Part shown: piece after piece, positions 18,619 to 27,576 of the stretch
Layout: the number at the start of each line of letters is the position of its first letter
How positions within the stretch are numbered: position 1 is the stretch's first letter
Assembly (NCBI GenBank): GCA_019056805.1
Contig: DXJG01000006.1
Location: 51 to 32,050, forward strand
Length of the DNA: 32,000 nt
DNA from: Candidatus Baldrarchaeota archaeon
GTDB lineage: Archaea > Asgardarchaeota > Baldrarchaeia > Baldrarchaeales > DXJG01
Direction of reading: 5' to 3'
Notes under the pieces: generated by a model
What the model saw: only the letters and a program-made list of their open reading frames with translations
The model's database searches: none
Told to the model about the DNA's origin: nothing
Made by a program: the position numbers and the translations under genes

Positions 18619-19506
18619 TTATATATCTGATCTGAGTTTAAGTATCTTTGCTATATTTGCATCCGGGTTTATTACTGGTTTTATTTTTCCATTTGGCGAT
18701 GTCATCAAAGTTGTTACACCAGGGCCATGACCAGCTATAACACTAATTGTGTGAACAACAATTCCTATGGAAACTGCCCCAGTTTTATATATTCTTCCAT
18801 AACTGTGGTCTGCGTTTAAAATAGCTACTAAATCTCCCAGTCTAAGGTCCTCTAAATGATATTTCTTAACATTCTTTTCGTCGAAGAACTGAATATCATA
18901 GTCACCACGATAAGTGTTATCTGCTCCAAGACCGGAACCCATAATTTCTGCTGGAACAGTATGCGTTACTGGCACCTCCAAATAATCACTTGAAGTCTTT
19001 ATGTCTATTGCTTTTAGAAATTCTGGTGAAATATTCATCAACTTTATATCAGGATAATCTAAAAGCTTTAGCCCTACACCGTAAGCTTTTACTAGGATTT
19101 TGTCTCCTGGCACCAGTTTTTCAAGTACTTCCCAATCAAAGTCTACTAAAACATGTTCTATTCCGCCATGTTTACCAACTACAACACCCTTCTCCCCTTT
19201 TGCTTCTCCTGAAATAACAACTGCTTCGTTGCCCACACATGCTAAAGTGTTTAAAGCATTGTTAAAGTACCGTCTACCGTCAACTCTTTCATAATTTGCA
19301 ATAGATACACCGGGTTCAACGTGATCTGCTTCCCAATCTACTGCTGAATCACCCACACGAACATTGTATGTAATGCCTCCAACACCTGGTCTCACAACAG
19401 GTGCGCCATTAGCTCCTACATTGTAAACTCTATCACCCTTTAAAGCGCTTAGAACTTGCCCTACAACACTAATTTTGACAAGTCTGTTCTCATTTGTTCT
19501 TAACAA
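18619..19506 (-). CDS. DUF4438-like conserved protein of unknown function
   Basis: PGVGGITYN, ADHVEPGVS, CVGNEA, GKHGGIEH, GDYDI, GHGPGVT recalled as DUF4438 (TM1086-like) motifs; GAGGTG RBS before TTG. Confidence 0.7.
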   Translation of the reverse strand: MLRTNENRLVKISVVGQVLSALKGDRVYNVGANGAPVVRPGVGGITYNVRVGDSAVDWEADHVEPGVSIANYERVDGRRYFNNALNTLACVGNEAVVISGEAKGEKGVVVGKHGGIEHVLVDFDWEVLEKLVPGDKILVKAYGVGLKLLDYPDIKLMNISPEFLKAIDIKTSSDYLEVPVTHTVPAEIMGSGLGADNTYRGDYDIQFFDEKNVKKYHLEDLRLGDLVAILNADHSYGRIYKTGAVSIGIVVHTISVIAGHGPGVTTLMTSPNGKIKPVINPDANIAKILKLRSDI

Positions 19507-19525
19507 GATTTACACCTCTTAGACA

Positions 19526-19547
19526 TATAATGTTCACAAACATTATA
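19526..19547. promoter_or_regulatory. Inverted repeat TATAATGTT-N4-AACATTATA overlapping the TATA box of the DUF4438 gene (putative operator)
   Basis: Perfect 9-bp arms; minus-strand TTTATAA at 19549-19543 overlaps one arm; lies 20-41 nt upstream of the start codon. Confidence 0.55.
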
Positions 19548-19778
19548 AATGGAGCACTTACTTCCGAAGACAGCTGACTTACACCAATAGATACTTAAAA
19601 ACATAACAATTAGTGTAAAGTCACTTCTTTCCTCTTGGTGCTTAGAAATAATAAACCTATTTTATGATCCCAAAAGATTGAACAGCAGAGTAATTTTAAC
19701 AAGTCTCGAAAATACATAATAATCTCCATTAACACAATAACTTTTCTCACTAAGCTAAATTTAAATTTAGGTTTGAGT

Positions 19779-20555
19779 TCAAGCTTTAAAATTATCAATT
19801 ATCCTCATTAATTTATCAGTTAACTTTTCAACGTCATTCAGCCTAATATTTTCTAAAGATTCGCCTAAAAAATTCTTTTTGGTTATCTCTGCATTGTAAC
19901 TTATGCTTCCAAGTACTCTCTCTTCTTCTAACTGTTCTCTAAGAATGTTCACTGTTTCGTTGTTGACTTTATTAAGTATGAAGTAGAGTGTTTTGTTTAT
20001 TTTGGATGCCAGTTTCTTGGATTTATCAGCAAGAACTATGGATTCATAGGTTGGATCTATAATTAAGAGAAGTAAGTCACATGCTTCTTCAACTGCTCTT
20101 CCAAAATGTTCAATTCCAGCATCAGTATCTATAAGAACAATTTCTTTATCTTTTAACACCAATCTTTTGAGGAATTCTCTTGCAAGTGCATTAAAAGGAC
20201 ATGCGCAACCAGAACCATAATCTCCTACCTTACCTATAATCAAAAGTCCCAATTTATCTTTCCAAATAGTACATTCACTTGGTAAATCGTTAAAATTGAG
20301 TAAATCAGGTATTTTCCAATCTAACTCATCTACTCCTCTGAACAAAGCGTTAGAAACTTTTTTACGACCGCCCATAAAATCAACTAAAGTTTTCACAGGT
20401 GTATTTAAACCAAGCATCCTGTAAAGAGTGGTGTTAGACTCGTCCGAGTCAATCACCAAAGTTTTAAAGCCTCTACGTACAAGACTATGAGCTAAAAGCG
20501 AAATAACAGTACTTTTACCAGAACCTCCTTTACCAAAAAATAAAACCTTAGGCAA
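19779..20555 (-). CDS. cooC: CooC-like nickel-insertion ATPase (MinD/SIMIBI class)
   Basis: Deviant Walker A GKGGSGKS, DSDES, metal motif GCACP, DTDAGIEHFGR; TTG 20555 follows a GGGTGA RBS. Confidence 0.85.
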   Translation of the reverse strand: MPKVLFFGKGGSGKSTVISLLAHSLVRRGFKTLVIDSDESNTTLYRMLGLNTPVKTLVDFMGGRKKVSNALFRGVDELDWKIPDLLNFNDLPSECTIWKDKLGLLIIGKVGDYGSGCACPFNALAREFLKRLVLKDKEIVLIDTDAGIEHFGRAVEEACDLLLLIIDPTYESIVLADKSKKLASKINKTLYFILNKVNNETVNILREQLEEERVLGSISYNAEITKKNFLGESLENIRLNDVEKLTDKLMRIIDNFKA

Positions 20556-20776
20556 GCAGTTCACCCTAAACCTCTTCAAAACAAAGAAATATAAACCTAT
20601 TGATCCCTAGATTTCCTTACTGTTTAATGATTTCAAATGATAAACTCATTTTTCGTATACTTCCATGAAAATACTTAATAACCAAAGCTCATAAAATGAT
20701 ACTGTTGGTGTTATAGAAAGATAAGTCAGGCTCTAAAGTTATCTACACAGATTATATAGGTGATGTGGTGATTCCT

Positions 20777-21841
20777 ATGGCTAAAATTAAGGTGGGAGTT
20801 ATTGGGGTTGGAAATGCTTGTTCATCATTCATCCAAGGCCTACAACTCTGTAAGGACATGGGAGAAAAGGTTGAAGGATTAATGCACTGGGATCTCGGCG
20901 GCTATACACCCATGGATATTGAAATTGTTGCAGCGTTTGATATTGATAAGAGGAAGGTAGGGAAAGATCTTTCAGAAGCAATTTTCTCACCACCAAATAA
21001 CATGCTAAAACTTTGCGAAGTACCAAAACTTGATGTAATCGTTGAAAAGGGGCATCTACTTGACGAATTTAGCCCTGATATAAAAGAATTAATTCAATTC
21101 GATGAATCTCCGCCAGTAGACATCGTTGATTCTCTTAAAAGCAAAGGTGTAGAAATACTTGTTAATTTAATTCCAAGTAGCGCTGTTGAAACAACAAAAT
21201 TCTATGCTGAAAAAGCTATTGAAGCAGGTTGCGGCTTCATCAACTGTGTACCAGCGTTCATTGCTAGCAATGTTGAATGGGCTGAAAAATTTGAAAAAGC
21301 CGGGCTGCCAGTTGCTGGCGATGATCTAGAAAGTCAAGCCGGCTCAACGATATTACATAAATGGATACTAGAGCTTTTAACTAGACGAAGCGTAAAGATA
21401 CGTGAAACGTATGCATTAGATGTAGGAGGTAGCCCGGAGTCTATTCATGCTCTTGACTGGGAGAAAACATTGGCAAAAAGAATGGTTAAAACTAAAGCAA
21501 TAAAATCAGCTTTACCTTACGAAGCACCTGTGGTTGCCGGATCTTCTGACTATGTTGATTTCTTAGGAGACTTTAGGGACACTCTAATTTGGATAAGAGG
21601 AACAATTTTTGGAGGAGCACCCATAACAATCGACCTAAAAATTAAGGTTCCTGACGGTGCCAATGCTGTAAGTCCATTAATGGATGCTATAAGAGGAGTT
21701 AAAATAGCAATGGATAGAGGTATCTCTGGAGCTCTTGAAAGTGTTTCAGCATATGCATTTAAGCATCCACCAAAACCAGCTTCTCCTAGAACTGCAGAGA
21801 AATGGATGATGGAATTCATTGATGGTAAAAGAGAAAAATAA
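20777..21841 (+). CDS. Inositol-3-phosphate synthase (Ino1) homolog with divergent active-site motifs
   Basis: GVIGVGNACSS, AFDIDKRKVGKDL, FINCVP, GDD, DAIRGVKIAMDRG, AYAFKHPP; ATG 20777 after a GGTGA RBS. Confidence 0.85.
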   Translation: MAKIKVGVIGVGNACSSFIQGLQLCKDMGEKVEGLMHWDLGGYTPMDIEIVAAFDIDKRKVGKDLSEAIFSPPNNMLKLCEVPKLDVIVEKGHLLDEFSPDIKELIQFDESPPVDIVDSLKSKGVEILVNLIPSSAVETTKFYAEKAIEAGCGFINCVPAFIASNVEWAEKFEKAGLPVAGDDLESQAGSTILHKWILELLTRRSVKIRETYALDVGGSPESIHALDWEKTLAKRMVKTKAIKSALPYEAPVVAGSSDYVDFLGDFRDTLIWIRGTIFGGAPITIDLKIKVPDGANAVSPLMDAIRGVKIAMDRGISGALESVSAYAFKHPPKPASPRTAEKWMMEFIDGKREK

Positions 21842-22013
21842 ACACATTTTACCACAACTATATTTATTTTAACATCTCTTTCAGATACCTTATTTTTAAC
21901 TCATTTTATCGAAGCTGGTGGCTATTTCATCTTGTATATTTAAATACGTGGTTCTGGCTAATATTTAATGTGAAGTAGTTATATCTAAGGGAGATATAGG
22001 AGGCTTAAGCTAT

Positions 22014-23147
22014 ATGGTTTTAGATTTAACAAGTGAACAAGAAAAATTGAAAAAAGAAGTAGCTGACTTTGTTAAAGATAAGGTAGAACCTATTGCTTCC
22101 GGATTAGATGAAAAATGTCAATTCCCTATAGAATTGTTTAAAGAAATAGGAGAAAAGGGCTGGTTTAAATTTAATGTCCCAGAAAAATATGGAGGAGAAG
22201 GGAAAAACACCACAAATCTCTTTATAGTATTTAGTGAAATAGCGAAAGGTCTTGCGTCGCTTTCAGTTAGCTTAGATACACAATACCTACTAATGGAAGC
22301 ATTAAATCTCTATGGAAGCGAATATCTAAAAGAAAAATACATTCCACCCTTAGTTAAGGGAGAAATCATAGGGGCATTTGCAATAACAGAACAAACAGCT
22401 GGCTCCGATATAGGTGGAATTACTGGAACAGCTAAGAAAAATGGAAATGAATATGTTTTGAATGGTGAAAAATGCGTTGTGGTAAGTGGAGCAGTTGCAG
22501 ATGCCTTTATTGTTTTTCTAAAAACCGATCCTACAAAAGGTGCTAAAGGATTAAGTGCTTTCATGGTAGAAAAAGATATGGATGGAGTCGTTGTAGAACC
22601 TCTTAATCCAAGTGGTTTGAGAGCATGTGGTCTCGGAAAACTTGTTTTAAACAATGTAAGGATCCCTGTGGAAAACTTAGTTGGAAATGAAGGTGACGGA
22701 GCAAAAATAGCTTTATCCGTTCTTGATTTCGGGAGAATTGGAATAGCATCCACCGCGTATGGCATCGCTCAAGCAGCCTTCGAATCTGCGGTCAACTATG
22801 CTAAAGAAAGGAAGCAGTTTAATGTTCCCATATCTAATTTCCAAGGTCTTCGCTGGATGCTTGCAGATTTAGCTGTGGAAATTGAAGCAACCAAGCTATT
22901 AATTCTGGAAGCAGCCAAAACAAGAGATAAAGGTTTAAGATATACTAAGGAAGCTGCTATGGCTAAGCTTTACAGTAGTAAAGTTGCTGTGAAAGCGGCT
23001 TTAACTGCGATACAAATTTTCGGGCACTACGGATACTTAAAAGATAAACCTCTTGAAAGATATTTGAGAGACGCTAAAGGTTTAGAAATAGCTGAAGGAA
23101 CAAGTGAAATTCAAAAACTAGTAATTGCAAGACATATCCTAGGTTAA
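22014..23147 (+). CDS. Acyl-CoA dehydrogenase
   Basis: AFAITEQTAGSD, LNGEK, GRIGIA, ERKQF, FQG, QIFGHYGY, EIAEGTSEIQ (catalytic Glu present). Confidence 0.95.
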   Translation: MVLDLTSEQEKLKKEVADFVKDKVEPIASGLDEKCQFPIELFKEIGEKGWFKFNVPEKYGGEGKNTTNLFIVFSEIAKGLASLSVSLDTQYLLMEALNLYGSEYLKEKYIPPLVKGEIIGAFAITEQTAGSDIGGITGTAKKNGNEYVLNGEKCVVVSGAVADAFIVFLKTDPTKGAKGLSAFMVEKDMDGVVVEPLNPSGLRACGLGKLVLNNVRIPVENLVGNEGDGAKIALSVLDFGRIGIASTAYGIAQAAFESAVNYAKERKQFNVPISNFQGLRWMLADLAVEIEATKLLILEAAKTRDKGLRYTKEAAMAKLYSSKVAVKAALTAIQIFGHYGYLKDKPLERYLRDAKGLEIAEGTSEIQKLVIARHILG

Positions 23148-23180
23148 CCGCCCCATAGCTTTAAAACGGAGTGACAGTGC

Positions 23181-24059
23181 TTGAAGAGTTACAATAAAAG
23201 TAAAAGTAGAGGGATAATTCTTACCTTCATGGCTGCTACACTCTGGGGTACTAGTTTTCCAGTTATAAAATGGGGTCTAACCTATATTTCAGCATATAAT
23301 TTTGTTATGCTAAGATTCCTAATATCCATCTTAGTACTTGTCCCCATCGCAATAATAATTGATAGAAAAGACTTCTTTACCCATTTCAAAGAAAAATATA
23401 TAATTCTTCTTGGACTTTTAAATTCACTAAGCTACTTTCTACAGTTTGTCGGGCAGCAATGGACAACAGCCACTAAAACAGCTCTACTCACAAATTCAAG
23501 CGTTATTTTCGCAGCTATATTATCTTATTTTTGGTTAAAAGAAAGGTTGAACTACTTTAAGGCTTCAGGAATTATTATGGCATTTTTAGGTGTTTTTCTA
23601 ATCGTTACAGGTGGAAGACTAGAAATTTTGCAAAGTGGCACTGTGATAGGTGATCTTTTTTGTCTCGTTTCAGGAGTATCTTGGGGATTTTATATTGTAA
23701 TTTCTAAAAAGATTTCAAATCAAGAAAGCAATTCTCTTTCTTTTATTAGTGCAATGCTCATGTATACATTTCTTTTTACTTTAATTTTTTCTTTTCCTCT
23801 ACTTGTTCCTGTTGATTTCAGCTTTGAAGTATATTTTGCAATTTTATATACAAGCATCTTTTGTACAATTTTACCTTTCCTCTTATGGTATGAAGGCTTA
23901 AAAACGATTCAAGCATCTTCCTCTGCTACTTATCTCCTTTTAACAATAATTGTAGCAGCAATTATTAGCATAACACTTCTTTCCGAATCTTTCACCTTAA
24001 CATTGGTGTTTGGGGCTATTTTAATATGTGTAGGTATCTGGATAGTTGAAACAAAATAA
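23181..24059 (+). CDS. EamA/DMT family transporter
   Basis: 10 TM in two repeats; LWGTSF...K, R in TM2, SWGFY, LLWYEGLK. Confidence 0.9.
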   Translation: MKSYNKSKSRGIILTFMAATLWGTSFPVIKWGLTYISAYNFVMLRFLISILVLVPIAIIIDRKDFFTHFKEKYIILLGLLNSLSYFLQFVGQQWTTATKTALLTNSSVIFAAILSYFWLKERLNYFKASGIIMAFLGVFLIVTGGRLEILQSGTVIGDLFCLVSGVSWGFYIVISKKISNQESNSLSFISAMLMYTFLFTLIFSFPLLVPVDFSFEVYFAILYTSIFCTILPFLLWYEGLKTIQASSSATYLLLTIIVAAIISITLLSESFTLTLVFGAILICVGIWIVETK

Positions 24060-24255
24060 ATATTAGCAGTGCTAATGTCATTATAGGAAATTACGCTTTG
24101 TCTGTTAAACGTTCTAAATTTTTAGGATTAAATGTGAAACTTTTGTGGAACCTTAATAAAGGCGAAAAAATATATTTTGGAAAAATTGTTGTAATAAATG
24201 ATATAACAATTATGTTCTCTACAACATCATAGCAACTAATATGGGGTAGTCCCAT

Positions 24256-25625
24256 TTGCAAAGAATTCCAAATGAAATAAAAGATTTTTTTAACATAAAA
24301 AGAAATAATATACTCTTAGTAAAAGGAAAAGCTGGTTCTGGAAAAACAATATTTTCTCTTGAATGCCTTATAAATCTGGCAGAAAAGGGTTGTGGATTCT
24401 ATTTTTCAACAAGAGTAGACCCAGAAACTGTATTAACTCAATATCCGCAAATAAGTGAACACGTTCCTCCGCAAAATATAATTGACGCTACTTTAACAGC
24501 AATTCCTCAAAGCTCAGATATTTACGAAGCAATCCAATATTCCACAGTCCCCGAATTTCTCCGTGAACTATATGCGAAACTAGATAAAATTAAAAACCAA
24601 GGAACTCCTGTTATCGTAATTGATTCCATAGATGCTATTTGTGAGACATTAAATATTTCTAACACGAAATTCATGCACACTTTTGCTGATTTTACACGGA
24701 AATCTGGAGCAAAAGCAATTGTGGTAACTGAGCAATCTGGAAGTACAAAACTGGATTATTTAGCTGATGGAGTAGTTTACTTAACACATGATATGATTGA
24801 AGGCAGAATATATCGTGAAATGTACATCGAAAAACTTAGATCTGTGAAAATAAGGAACCCAATTATTCCATTTACACTTATTGATGGAAGATTTACCCCA
24901 ACACAATACGTTTTTCACACTGCAAAAGACGTTCTTAACAAAGGACAAAAATATTTTAAAAGATAATTTCCAAAATTCAACTTCCACCAGGCCTATATTC
25001 AACTGGATCTCTTTCACTTGACAAAGTAATCGGTTATGTTCGTGGAGGAAATCTTGTTTTATACGAATTAGAACCTTATGTTCCAACTATTACAATTATA
25101 GGGCTAGTGACACTTCATTCAATAGGATTCATCAGCAGAGGATGTAAAGTAATTCAAATCCCACCAAGCTACAGTCATGGTGAATTTGTATTAAAGTTCC
25201 TTAAAACAGTCTTAGGAGACAACATTAAGAATATAGAACTACTGATACCAGAAACATGTTCTATAGACAGTTTTTCGAAAAAGTTTCTCGAAAAATTGAA
25301 CGAAATTAATAAAGATGGAAATTTATCCGCGATAATATTCTCTATTGATGCATTGGAAAGCGCGTTTGGAAGCGATGAAGCATTTCATATTGGAGCAAGA
25401 ATCGTGGCAGAAGGAAGAAAAAATAACAATGTGATTATAGCATTTGGCCATGAAAGTTCAAAAACAAGAGTTTTATTTAGAGATATGGCAGAAAAAGTCA
25501 TAAGAATATTTTATAAACATGGTTACGTTTTTATTTACGGTGTTCGTCCAAAAACACCTATTTACAACGTCTACTATAACCCAGAATCACAATATGTTGA
25601 CGTAAGCCTTCTTGAAGTAGTTTAA
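24256..25625 (+). pseudogene. Double-domain KaiC/RAD55/GvpD-like ATPase, frameshifted at an A4 run
   Basis: Domain 1 has GKAGSGKT, VIDSID, YLADGV and EKLR. Adding one A in 24958-24961 continues into KIISKIQLPPGLYSTGSLSLDKVIGYVRGGNLVLYEL (start of a second KaiC-like domain with no Walker A) and into ORF 25107-25625. Confidence 0.75.
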
Positions 25626-25686
25626 CAATTTTATCTCACATGAAAGTTAAAACAATAAAAATACCTGATATTTTCGATACTTTTTT

Positions 25687-26067
25687 ATGAAAATGTCTTT
25701 TACTTTAAATATAATGATGCGTATTAGATCTATTCTTAGAAGGATAGTGCTAATTGTAACAGGTACTGTTTCTCTTGCAATAATTGTATCGTTAATTATT
25801 TCAGCGATTTATAGAATGCCTTTACGTGATGCTCTTGGAATAACTTTGATGGTGGAAGTTTTCTTATTATTTCTCCTATCTCTCGCTTTATTAACTGGAA
25901 TTTCAGAGCGCATGGTTATCCATCAAGCATATACTAATCCCTTTATCCCCAAAGAAGTAAGAGAAAACATCATGAAAAAACATGGAAAAGATAGAGATAC
26001 AGGAATCTTTGTATTCGTACTCGCACTAATTTTGCTCCTTATACTATTCCTATTAACACAACTTTGA
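25687..26067 (+). CDS. Hypothetical 3-TM membrane protein (paralog 1)
   Basis: TM-TM-loop-TM layout; NPF...KHGKDRDTGIF followed by a C-terminal hydrophobic helix. Confidence 0.65.
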   Translation: MKMSFTLNIMMRIRSILRRIVLIVTGTVSLAIIVSLIISAIYRMPLRDALGITLMVEVFLLFLLSLALLTGISERMVIHQAYTNPFIPKEVRENIMKKHGKDRDTGIFVFVLALILLLILFLLTQL

Positions 26068-26200
26068 TACAATCCAGGTTCTAAGTTACGATACTCTCTC
26101 TAACAATTTTGAAATATATTGGTTGAAGGCGAAATGCTTGTTCCCCGTTTTTTCGATACATTTTTATTTAAAAAGAGTATTAAAACACTTGGGGAAATAT

Positions 26201-26588
26201 ATGAAAATTAAAGTCAGCCCTAAAAAAGTTGGGTTAATTGCTGGGGGAGCCATTCTCTTTACACTCTGCATAACATTGGCGATCTCAGCTATCTCACATG
26301 TATCTTTGTTAGATGCTTTTAGAAAAACTTTAGTCGGAGAAATAGTTGCGCTCTTTATTTTGGCCTACATTTCAATGGAAAAAGAACAAAAAAAATATTT
26401 ACGCTCATGGATATATTTACGTTTACGGTTTTGAGCAAGCAGCCATGGGTAATCCTACCGTTACTCGTGAATTAATAAAACAAGCAAAAGAAAGATATAA
26501 ACGGGAAAAACAAATTGATACAGGAATTTTCTTTGCAATATTGGCAATCGTACTACTATTCATTCTATTGTTGACAATACTGATTTAA
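26201..26588 (+). pseudogene. Hypothetical 3-TM membrane protein (paralog 2), frameshifted at an A8 run
   Basis: ATG 26201 after a GGGG RBS. Removing one A in ~26388-26395 joins the two ORFs into ...MEKEQKNIYAHG...GNPT...KQIDTGIFFAILAIVLL, with the same layout as paralog 1. Confidence 0.7.
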
Positions 26589-26663
26589 TAAACCTTACAC
26601 TAATTTTTTACTTTTTCAACACATTTTAACAATCAGTTATGTTATAATTTGGACTTTTGTACT

Positions 26664-27572
26664 CTATTTTTCAAAGGGTATCGTTAAAGCGGCTGGTGCA
26701 CCTATTCTCTTCCTAAATTTGCCGCTACTGGCAACAACTAGCACAACTATTGTGCAAACATATGGCAAGGTCTTTAATAGGGGTACTGATATGCCTAGAG
26801 GTTGAAGTCTGTATTGTAAAATTCTTATTCCTCCAAAAAGATAAGCACCTACAGTTGCATATATCGGGTTCCAAACAGCAAATATGACAAGTGCTATAGC
26901 AATCCATCCTTGACCAGCAGTCATTCCCTCTATCCAAGTAGGTGTGTACACAACTGATAAATAAGCACCACCAAGTCCTGCAAGAGCACCACCTATAAGC
27001 GTACAAAGATAACGGATTAAATAAACATCTATTCCCGCAGCATGAACAGCTTGAGGATTTTCACCACAAGCCCTGATAATAACTCCCAGCTTAGTTTTAA
27101 AAAGTATAAACCAAAGCAACACAACCAATACATATGATGTATATGTAACAGGATCCTGATTAAAGAAAGCACCAATAACTGGTATATCAGAAAGCAAAGG
27201 AACAGGTATTTTTCTTATTGTTACAGGAAGCGGTGTACCTATCAATCTTCTACCAGCAAGCGAACTTATACCAAGACCAAGCATTGAAAGAGCTAAACCA
27301 GATATAACTTGATTAGAACGTATAGAGATGCTGAGAAACGCATGTACACAGGCCAGTAAACAGCCAGTTAAAGTAGCTAGTAAAAATCCGAGAAGTGGAT
27401 TACCAGTTACAAGTGTAATACCAAATGCAGTTACAGCTCCCACAGCCATCATACCTTCGACACCAAGATTAAGAATGCCACTTCTCTCAGCGTAAATTTC
27501 GCCCAGTGTAGCCAAAAGTAAGGGTGTTCCAGCACTTATCATCATAGTTAACAAATCAGTTACCCACTCCAT
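26664..27572 (-). CDS. Nucleoside/sugar (CUT2-type) ABC transporter permease 2
   Basis: TPLLLATLGEIYAERSGILNLGVEG, NQVISG, GENPQA, GQGWIAIA; true start MEWVTD at 27572. Confidence 0.9.
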   Translation of the reverse strand: MEWVTDLLTMMISAGTPLLLATLGEIYAERSGILNLGVEGMMAVGAVTAFGITLVTGNPLLGFLLATLTGCLLACVHAFLSISIRSNQVISGLALSMLGLGISSLAGRRLIGTPLPVTIRKIPVPLLSDIPVIGAFFNQDPVTYTSYVLVVLLWFILFKTKLGVIIRACGENPQAVHAAGIDVYLIRYLCTLIGGALAGLGGAYLSVVYTPTWIEGMTAGQGWIAIALVIFAVWNPIYATVGAYLFGGIRILQYRLQPLGISVPLLKTLPYVCTIVVLVVASSGKFRKRIGAPAALTIPFEK

Positions 27573-27576
27573 GATA

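Noticed and set aside
19755-19770. Perfect palindrome CTAAATTTAAATTTAG
   Set aside because: Almost entirely A/T low-complexity sequence; not positioned at a promoter; no second copy noticed.
24185-24226. Nested short inverted repeats upstream of the KaiC-like gene
   Set aside because: Arms of 4-7 bp with inconsistent centres in very AT-rich DNA; expected by chance.
24950-24966. Programmed -1 ribosomal frameshift at the KaiC-like junction
   Set aside because: No in-frame X XXY YYZ heptamer; the -1 frame has TAA at 24957-24959, confining any shift to a short A4 run.
24256-25625. Gas vesicle or circadian clock locus
   Set aside because: No gvpA-type or kaiB genes in the window; this ATPase family is widespread without them.
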